Shown here in pieces: positions 57,472 to 64,000 of a DNA stretch of 64,000 nt. The notes below the pieces were generated by a model. The model was not told the origin of the DNA. It saw only the letters and a program-made list of their open reading frames with translations, and did not search any database. Source of the stretch: an uncultured delta proteobacterium. Its GTDB lineage: Bacteria > Myxococcota_A > Polyangia > Fen-1088. The stretch covers positions 320,001 to 384,000 of the forward strand of contig CAVWIP010000015.1 in the NCBI GenBank assembly GCA_963755125.1. The letters are read 5' to 3'. Both the position numbers and the translations under genes were made by a program. Each line of letters starts with the position of its first letter. The first letter of the stretch is position 1.

Positions 57472-57501
57472 TTGCCTTCCTGGTCGGATGTTCAGTAGAC
57501 T
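57472..57501 (+). promoter_or_regulatory. Promoter TTGCCT-N18-TAGACT with an embedded LexA-like box CTGGTCGGATGTTCAG
   Basis: The box at 57480-57495 shares the ATGTTCAG half-site with the 40124 palindrome; the -10 lies 6 nt before GTG 57508. Confidence 0.55.
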
Positions 57502-57507
57502 GGGTTC

Positions 57508-58656
57508 GTGCCGCTTCTCCGGGTCACTCCATCGGTGCAGAGCACGCTCGACGCCCTCACGCAGGCGGCCCGCCACGATCTTTCTTGCGCCTGCGGCCCT
57601 TCGCAGCCACGGCAGCGCGGCCGCGACGGACTGTGGATCTATCCGGCGGCGCTGCCCTCGGGCCAGCGCGTGCCCATGCTCAAAGTGCTACAGGCGTCGG
57701 GCTGCGAACGCTCGTGTATCTACTGCGTGGAACGTTGCGGAGGGCGGGGGCGATCCCTGGCGCTGCGGCCCGAGCAACTGGCCGGCGCCTTCATGGACCT
57801 GCACAGCCAGGGCCGCGTGTTTGGGCTGTTCCTTTCTTCCGCGATTCAAGGGACCGCGGAGGCGACCATGGACCGCATGCTGGGCACGGCCGAACTACTC
57901 CGCCGGCGTCACCGGTTTCGCGGCTACATCCACCTGAAGATGATCCCTGGTTGTCGGCCCGACCAGATCGACCGCGCCATGCAATTGGCCACGCGTCTGT
58001 CGGTGAACATGGAGGCGCCCTCGGCCGCGCATCTGGCGCGCATCGCACCCGGCAAGAAATTCGATGCCGAGATCCTATCGCCCATGCGCCAGGTCAGTCG
58101 GGCCATCGCCGAGGGTCGCTTTGCGCGCGCGGGACAGACGACGCAATTGGTGGTGGGCGCGGCTGGCGAAGCAGATCAGGAAGTGGCGCGGGCCGCGGCC
58201 TGGGCGTATCGCGAGTTGAAGCTGGCGCGCATCTACTATTCGGCGCTGCAGCCCCTGCCCGGAACCCCGGTCGCGGATCGGCCGCCGATTGCCTTTGGCC
58301 GCGAGCACCGTCTGTATCAGGTGGATTTCCTGCTGCGCAGCTACGGTTTTTCCATCGACGAGATCCAGTTCGACGCGGGTGGCGCCCTGTCGCTCGACGT
58401 GGACCCCAAGACGGCCTGGGCGCGCCGCCACCCGGAACGCTTCCCGGTCGAGATCAACACCGCGGCGCGGGCCGATCTGCTGCGCGTCCCCGGCATCGGG
58501 CCGCGCGCGGCCGAGCGCCTGGAAGGGATGCGCCGGGAACAGCGTCTGCGCGATATCGCGGCGTTGCGCGCAGCCGGCGCGTCCTGGAGGGTGGCTGCGC
58601 CCTTCGTGCTTCTCGATGGCAAGCCCGCCGAGCGACAGATGAATTTGTGGGGTTAG
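57508..58656 (+). CDS. Putative DNA modification/repair radical SAM protein with HhH motif
   Basis: CERSCIYC, GLFLSS, FRGYIHLK, REHRLYQVDFLLRSYGF, DPKTAWA, FPVEIN, LLRVPGIG. Confidence 0.9.
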   Translation: MPLLRVTPSVQSTLDALTQAARHDLSCACGPSQPRQRGRDGLWIYPAALPSGQRVPMLKVLQASGCERSCIYCVERCGGRGRSLALRPEQLAGAFMDLHSQGRVFGLFLSSAIQGTAEATMDRMLGTAELLRRRHRFRGYIHLKMIPGCRPDQIDRAMQLATRLSVNMEAPSAAHLARIAPGKKFDAEILSPMRQVSRAIAEGRFARAGQTTQLVVGAAGEADQEVARAAAWAYRELKLARIYYSALQPLPGTPVADRPPIAFGREHRLYQVDFLLRSYGFSIDEIQFDAGGALSLDVDPKTAWARRHPERFPVEINTAARADLLRVPGIGPRAAERLEGMRREQRLRDIAALRAAGASWRVAAPFVLLDGKPAERQMNLWG

Positions 58657-58666
58657 CGGGAATTCG

Positions 58667-58751
58667 TGCCGGGGATGGGAGTCGAACCCATATGTCGTTT
58701 TCGCGACAGCGGATTTTAAGTCCGCCGCGTTTGCCATTTCGCCACCCCGGC
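58667..58751 (-). tRNA. tRNA-Leu (anticodon TAA), CCA not encoded
   Basis: GCCGGGG acceptor stem, GCGGA-CTTAAAA-TCCGC anticodon arm, long variable arm, GGTTCGACTCC T-loop. Confidence 0.96.
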
Positions 58752-58976
58752 AAACCTAACAATTCTATGAAGTTATGACGGCCTTGTCCGCCTGCCCGTT
58801 CGTGCCCGTAACCACAGCGTAGCCCGCCCTGTCCGAATCGTCCGTCTCGTCTCCTGCCAAGCTGGGTGATTCTGCCCATTGGCGCCTTCGGGTCAACGCT
58901 CAAGCGTACACGCGAAAGAGCCGAAGAACATAGAAGCTTCCGGGCCCGTCACGCACGTTTATAGGGTAGGACGAAC

Positions 58977-60269
58977 TTGGCTCGCTTCTTCACAGTCGGG
59001 TTGGCAGCAGTTGCCGCAACCGCCCTGTTTGCGGCTTGTGTAAATCTCACGCAGCCGCCCTGGGGGCAAGCCAACGATGCCGGCGACACGGGTGGAAGCG
59101 GGGCCGCGGCAAGGGCCGGCAGCGGTGGAGCGGTCGTGGTCGGACCGGATGCTGCGGGTGGTGCTTCGGGCGGCGGCGTTGCCACGGGTGGTACGCCGAC
59201 GGGCGGGGTGGGTGGATTGCCGGTAGCGGGCGGTACGACGGCCGCAGCGCCAGGAGGAACCAGTGGGACGCCGACGGGCGGAGCAGGGGGGAACGTCGCG
59301 CAGGACGCGGGGCCCGTGGCCGGCGCACCCCGGGATGGCGGGGTCGACGTTCCAGTCCCGACCGACACCAACCGGCCCGTCGATCTGCCGACGGGCGGGA
59401 CCGCAACCGGGGGCACGAGCGCGGGCGGAACGAGCGGGACTGCTGCGGGCGGCGCCGGGGGAACAATCGCGGCGGACGCGGGGCCCGTGGCCGGCACGAC
59501 CTCGCCTCGCGATGTCGGGGTCGACGTTGCACCGGATGCAACCGGGGGCTCTGGTGGCGCCGGGGCAGGTGGAACCGGAGGTGCAGGAACGGGCGGAGCT
59601 GTGGCGGACGCTGCGATTGTACCGATGATCATCAGCATCGACTTCGTGGGGGGAGGCGTGGCTGTCGATTCTGGAGCGACCGGAACAGTCGTGATGGGTG
59701 CCACTGAATCCGCAGGAGTCAAGCCGGCCACGCATTGGAACAGTGCCGCAAGCAACACAGGCACGCTGGCATCGCTGAAATTGGCAGACGGCACCACCAC
59801 CTCCGCGTCTGCTACCTGGACCACGCCTGTCGCGAGCGGAGAGACATCAGCAACCTGGAGCCTCGACTGGCCTGACTCCCCGGGTGACGTGCGCATGATG
59901 AATGGCTACCTCGATCCCAGGGCGACGGCCTCGCCAGCGACAATCAACGTGACTGGTCTGGCCAGTCCGATGAGCAGCGGATACGACGTCTATGTCTATT
60001 GTTTCGAGGACATGACTTGGGCAGATACCCGTACTTCCAAGTACACAATCGGCTCGACGACGCACACTGTGAAACAGACGGAACCGCCGCAGGTCACTTC
60101 CTTCCCAGGATACACGCTGGCGCCCGAGGGAGGCGCCGGCAACTACGTCGTGTTCAAGAACGTGACGGGAAGCAGCTTCACCTTGACTGCAATGCCGGGA
60201 ACGTCGCTGCATTCGACTGTGCGCGCGCCGGTCAACGGCATTCAGATCGTGTACCCGTCGGGATCTTAG
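58977..60269 (+). CDS. Lipoprotein with a long Gly/Thr linker and a beta-rich C-terminal domain
   Basis: Lipobox LFAAC; duplicated GGTSGT..DAGPVAG..PRD.GVDV units; ends APVNGIQIV. Confidence 0.75.
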   Translation: MARFFTVGLAAVAATALFAACVNLTQPPWGQANDAGDTGGSGAAARAGSGGAVVVGPDAAGGASGGGVATGGTPTGGVGGLPVAGGTTAAAPGGTSGTPTGGAGGNVAQDAGPVAGAPRDGGVDVPVPTDTNRPVDLPTGGTATGGTSAGGTSGTAAGGAGGTIAADAGPVAGTTSPRDVGVDVAPDATGGSGGAGAGGTGGAGTGGAVADAAIVPMIISIDFVGGGVAVDSGATGTVVMGATESAGVKPATHWNSAASNTGTLASLKLADGTTTSASATWTTPVASGETSATWSLDWPDSPGDVRMMNGYLDPRATASPATINVTGLASPMSSGYDVYVYCFEDMTWADTRTSKYTIGSTTHTVKQTEPPQVTSFPGYTLAPEGGAGNYVVFKNVTGSSFTLTAMPGTSLHSTVRAPVNGIQIVYPSGS

Positions 60270-60275
60270 AATCCC

Positions 60276-60920
60276 CTACAGGCTGCGCAGGTGGCCGTCG
60301 GCCAGGCCGGCTGGCGTGCCGCGCACGTGTACGCGCCGTCCGTCCACGGTCACGCGGTTCTCGGCGATGGCGCGTATGACGGCAGGATAAAGTCGGTGCT
60401 CCTCGGCCAGGATGCGCAGGCGCAAGGCTTCCTCGTCGTCGCCGTCGAGCACCGGCACCACGGCTTGGGCGATGATGGGGCCGGTGTCGGTGCCCGCGTC
60501 GACAAAGTGCACGGTGCAGCCCGAGAAGCGTACGCCGTAGTCGAAGGCCTGCTCTTGCGCATGCACGCCGGGGAAGGAGGGCAGCAGAGCGGGGTGAATG
60601 TTGACCACCCGGTGGGGAAAAGCGTCGAGCAGCACCGGCGTCACGATGCGCATGAATCCCGCCAAGGCGACCACACCTACGCCATGCCGGCGCAGTTCGT
60701 CCAGAAGTGCGTGATCGAACTCCTCGCGCGTGGCGAAATCCTTGTGCGAGCGCACGAAGGTGGGAATGCCGGCCTGGGCTGCGCGTTCGAGGGCCCCACA
60801 GCCGGGCACGTTGGCTCCCACAACCACAACACGCGCCGGGCCCATCTCGCCGCGCGTGGCTGCGTCGATGAGAGCCTGCAGGTTGGTGCCGCTGCCCGAG
60901 GCGAGGACGCCGACCTTCAT
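60276..60920 (-). CDS. purN: Phosphoribosylglycinamide formyltransferase
   Basis: [39 protein letters not shown]. Confidence 0.97.
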   Translation of the reverse strand: MKVGVLASGSGTNLQALIDAATRGEMGPARVVVVGANVPGCGALERAAQAGIPTFVRSHKDFATREEFDHALLDELRRHGVGVVALAGFMRIVTPVLLDAFPHRVVNIHPALLPSFPGVHAQEQAFDYGVRFSGCTVHFVDAGTDTGPIIAQAVVPVLDGDDEEALRLRILAEEHRLYPAVIRAIAENRVTVDGRRVHVRGTPAGLADGHLRSL

Positions 60921-61993
60921 GGGATGAACTCCACCGGCGCGTCGGGCCGATCCGCCACCACCACTTGGCCGATGATGGTGGCCTTCTCGCCCTCGGCTTC
61001 CAAGATCGACTGGGCCGCGTCGGCGGCGCCGGCCGGCACGGCCACCACCATGCCGATGCCCATGTTGAAGGTGCGTCGCATCTCATCAGGAGCCACCCTG
61101 CCCAGCTTTTGCAGGAGGCCGAACACCCGCGGCGGCGTCCAGGAACGCAGGTTGATCTGCAGCGCCAGCAGCGCACCTGGGGGCAACATGCGCGGCGGGT
61201 TGTCGACCAGGCCTCCGCCGGTGATGTGAGCCGCGCCCTTCATCAGGCCGGCCGCAGCCAGCATGCGCAGGGCGCGCACGTAGATGCGGGTCGGGCGCAG
61301 CAGGGCTTGGCCCAACGGCTCGTCGAGCCCATCGGGCTTGGCGGCAAGATCGAGCCGGGCGTGGTCGAGAAGCACGCGGCGCACGAGCGAGTAGCCGTTG
61401 GAGTGGAATCCTGACGAGGCCAGGCCCAGCAGCACATCGCCCGCCGCGATGGTCTTGCCTTCGATGAGCGCGGCCTTGTCCACCACGCCCACACAGAAGC
61501 CGGCCAGATCGTACTCGCCCGGCTGGTAGAAGCCGGGCAACTCCGCGGTTTCTCCGCCGATGAGCGCGCAGCCCGCCTGCTTGCAGCCATCGGCGACGCC
61601 GGAGATGACCTGCTCGGCCACGCCCACTTCCAGATGGCCGGCGGCAAAGTAGTCTAGAAAGAGCAACGGCTCAGCCCCGCACACCACCAGGTCATTCACG
61701 CTCATCGCCACCAGATCGACGCCGACCGTGTCGTGCTTGCCCATGAGAAAAGCCAGCTTCAGCTTGGTGCCCACGCCGTCGGTGCAGGCCACCAGCAACG
61801 GGTTCTTGTAGTTCTTGGGCAGCGCGCACAGGCCAGCGAAACCACCCAGGTCGGTCAACACCTCGGGCCGCATGGTGCGCTTGACGTGCGTCTTGATGCG
61901 CTCGACCAGCGTGTCGCCCGCGTCGATGTCGACGCCGGCATCGCGGTAGGTCAGTCCCGGTTGTGTCTTCTTGCTGTCGGGTGCATCAGCCAT
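60917..61993 (-). CDS. purM: Phosphoribosylformylglycinamidine cyclo-ligase
   Basis: [43 protein letters not shown]. Confidence 0.97.
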   Translation of the reverse strand: MADAPDSKKTQPGLTYRDAGVDIDAGDTLVERIKTHVKRTMRPEVLTDLGGFAGLCALPKNYKNPLLVACTDGVGTKLKLAFLMGKHDTVGVDLVAMSVNDLVVCGAEPLLFLDYFAAGHLEVGVAEQVISGVADGCKQAGCALIGGETAELPGFYQPGEYDLAGFCVGVVDKAALIEGKTIAAGDVLLGLASSGFHSNGYSLVRRVLLDHARLDLAAKPDGLDEPLGQALLRPTRIYVRALRMLAAAGLMKGAAHITGGGLVDNPPRMLPPGALLALQINLRSWTPPRVFGLLQKLGRVAPDEMRRTFNMGIGMVVAVPAGAADAAQSILEAEGEKATIIGQVVVADRPDAPVEFIP

Positions 61994-62054
61994 GGTCAAC
62001 CTCCCTCGCCGCGCGCAGCGAAGATATACGCCCGTGAAACGCTCGGCGGTAGTG

Positions 62055-62495
62055 TCACTTTCGTTCCGGCTTGAGTTCGCCCCACAGCGTCGCAACGATG
62101 CTCCGGCCTTCGCCGTCTGACCGATGCTCACCCAGGTAGATGCCTTGCCAGGTGCCGAGTTGCAGGCGTCCGTCCGAGATGGGCAAGGTCAGCGTCACGC
62201 CCAGCAGGCCAGATTTCACGTGGGCCGGCATATCGTCGGCGCCCTCCAGGGTGTGGACGAAGTAGCGAGCGCCATCCGGGATGGCGTGGTCGCTCCAATG
62301 GGAGAAATCAGCGCGCACGTCGGGGTCCGCGTTTTCGTTAAGGAAGAGCGACGCCGAGGTGTGTTGCAAAAACAGGTGCAGCATGCCGACCCGCACGGAC
62401 GCCAACCCGGGGATCTGTGACACGATCTCGTGCGTGACGAGATGAAAGCCTCGGGGCCGGGCTGCGAGTCGGATGATGGCTTGGTTCCAGTACAA
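62055..62495 (-). CDS. yjbQ: YjbQ-family protein
   Basis: [47 protein letters not shown]; start uncertain. Confidence 0.88.
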   Translation of the reverse strand: MYWNQAIIRLAARPRGFHLVTHEIVSQIPGLASVRVGMLHLFLQHTSASLFLNENADPDVRADFSHWSDHAIPDGARYFVHTLEGADDMPAHVKSGLLGVTLTLPISDGRLQLGTWQGIYLGEHRSDGEGRSIVATLWGELKPERK

Positions 62496-62647
62496 GGGAT
62501 GGCCAGCCTTTTGCCGCAGGACCAGGCCGTTTGTAAAGACCACACTTCACGGGAAGAAACAGGTCCGGACGACGGTTGTTCGCATAGGATGGCTCGCGGC
62601 AGCGCGGCCCACCCTGGTAAGAAAGCAAGAAACTGGAAAGGCACACC

Positions 62648-64000
62648 ATGCGAAAAACGACCGTGGTTGTTTCGGTGACGTTAGCAGCGGCGGCGCTGGC
62701 CGCGGGGTTGGGACTCGGCGCTCGTTTCGCCCCGCACGCGTCCGCAGATTCAGCCGCGCCGCCTCCGGCCGTGACCCCCAAGACCCAGGTACCTCAGGAG
62801 GCTCGCGCGCTGTCGCAGGCCTTTGCGGCCACGGCCCGGGCCTTGCGACCCAGCGTGGTACGCATCGATGTGGAGGTCGAGCAGCCCAAGTTGTCCCGCC
62901 GCAACTTCCATCGCGAGGATTTGCCGCCCGACATGGAGCGCTTCTTCGAGCACTTCTTCCAATTCGGCGACGGGTTCGAGGGTATTCCCGCGCCTGGTCC
63001 CGGGCACGGCACCGGGTCTGGGGTGGTCATCGACGGCGCCGGCAACATCATGACCAACAGCCACGTGGCGGAAAAGGCCAGCAAAGTCACGGTCACATTT
63101 GCCGACGGACGCGAGTTTCCCGCCAAGGTCGTGGGCGCCGATCCCAAGACCGATGTGGCCGTGATCCGTTTGCAGAATCTGCCGTCCGGGCTAGTCGCCG
63201 CTCGCATGGGCGATTCCAACGCCATCGAGGTGGGTGAGTGGGTGCTGGCCATCGGCAGCCCGCTCGGCCTCGATCAAAGCGTCACCGCCGGAATCATCAG
63301 CGGCAAGGGTAAGGTCACGCGCAACGTGCACATGTCAGGCGAACGCATGCGCGAGTACATCCAGACCGACGCGAAGATCAACCCGGGCAACTCGGGTGGC
63401 CCCTTGGTGAACCTGCAGGGCGAGGTGATTGGCATCAACACCCTCATTAACGTGGGGCCGGGCGGCGCCTACGGCTTTGCCATTCCCATCAGCCAGGCCC
63501 GCAAGGTCGCCCAGATGATCATTCGCGACGGACGCGTGCACCATGCTTGGCTGGGGGTGGCCATCGGGGACATCAAGGATGGCCTCAAGATGGGCATGGA
63601 TGGTGAACCCGAACAGAAGGATCAGACCGGGAAGTCCGGACCTGCGCGCGCTGCCTGGGTCAGCCAGGTGTTGCCGCACAGCCCGGCCGGCCAGGCCGGT
63701 ATCCACGTGGGCGACATCGTCACGCAGATCGACAAGCAGACGATCGAGGGCGCGGCCGACGTAGTCGACTACGTATCGGGGCAGAAGGTGGGCGATAAGG
63801 TCAAACTGGCAATCCTGCGCGACGGCCGTCCCAGCACGGTACAGGTCACCCTAGGCGAGTTGCCCGCGCGGCTGGGCGAGGAAATCGATGTCCAGGTCGA
63901 GAAGGATCAGGTCGGCGTGCAGGTCCAGACCTTGACGCCCGACATGGCACGCATGCTGGGGATGGATCCAGGAACCAAGGGCGCGGTGGTCAGCGGGGTC
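62648..64000 (+). CDS. degP: DegP/HtrA serine protease with PDZ domains (partial, runs off the right edge)
   Basis: Not in the ORF track. Manual translation gives GSGVVID, TNSHV, DPKTDVAV, IQTDAKINPGNSGGPL. Confidence 0.92.
   Translation, partial: MRKTTVVVSVTLAAAALAAGLGLGARFAPHASADSAAPPPAVTPKTQVPQEARALSQAFAATARALRPSVVRIDVEVEQPKLSRRNFHREDLPPDMERFFEHFFQFGDGFEGIPAPGPGHGTGSGVVIDGAGNIMTNSHVAEKASKVTVTFADGREFPAKVVGADPKTDVAVIRLQNLPSGLVAARMGDSNAIEVGEWVLAIGSPLGLDQSVTAGIISGKGKVTRNVHMSGERMREYIQTDAKINPGNSGGPLVNLQGEVIGINTLINVGPGGAYGFAIPISQARKVAQMIIRDGRVHHAWLGVAIGDIKDGLKMGMDGEPEQKDQTGKSGPARAAWVSQVLPHSPAGQAGIHVGDIVTQIDKQTIEGAADVVDYVSGQKVGDKVKLAILRDGRPSTVQVTLGELPARLGEEIDVQVEKDQVGVQVQTLTPDMARMLGMDPGTKGAVVSGV

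Noticed and set aside
58600..58700. Integrated element at the tRNA-Leu 3' end
   Set aside because: No integrase and no duplicated tRNA 3' end was noticed in the window

Overview
GC-rich chromosomal window, most likely from a myxobacterium (Myxococcota, Polyangia-like). This is inferred from the Gly/Thr-linker lipoproteins, the ECF-sigma/TPR module, the TSP3-OmpA protein and LexA-box-like sites of the Myxococcus type. About 60 genes are present: housekeeping genes (mutS, rpsT, holA, proS, pyrF, rlmB, asd, hisG, ilvD, purM/purN, degP, tRNA-Leu-TAA) and low-oxygen metabolism genes (iorAB-paaK-ACT-aminotransferase, rubredoxin/flavodiiron protein). Most ORFs in the supplied track are GC-shadow frames. 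Notable observations: (1) an ECF sigma / membrane anti-sigma-TPR / outer-membrane protein / VWA-lipoprotein module whose first and last genes share an identically spaced promoter-like motif, TGTAAGGT-N13-GG[CG]AC[CA]AG; (2) an AmmeMemoRadiSam operon whose members appear to carry Tat or lipoprotein export signals; (3) a heat-shock operon eroded by deletions, leaving a 52-aa mini-Hsp20 and a 57-bp degP relic, plus an HNH-less DUF222 gene behind a perfect LexA-type palindrome; (4) a CstA-YbdD(DUF466) fusion; (5) an unannotated 56-aa ribosomal-protein-like ORF; (6) many apparently leaderless genes. No CRISPR array, rRNA or intact transposase was seen. All family calls come from motif recognition; no database search was run.
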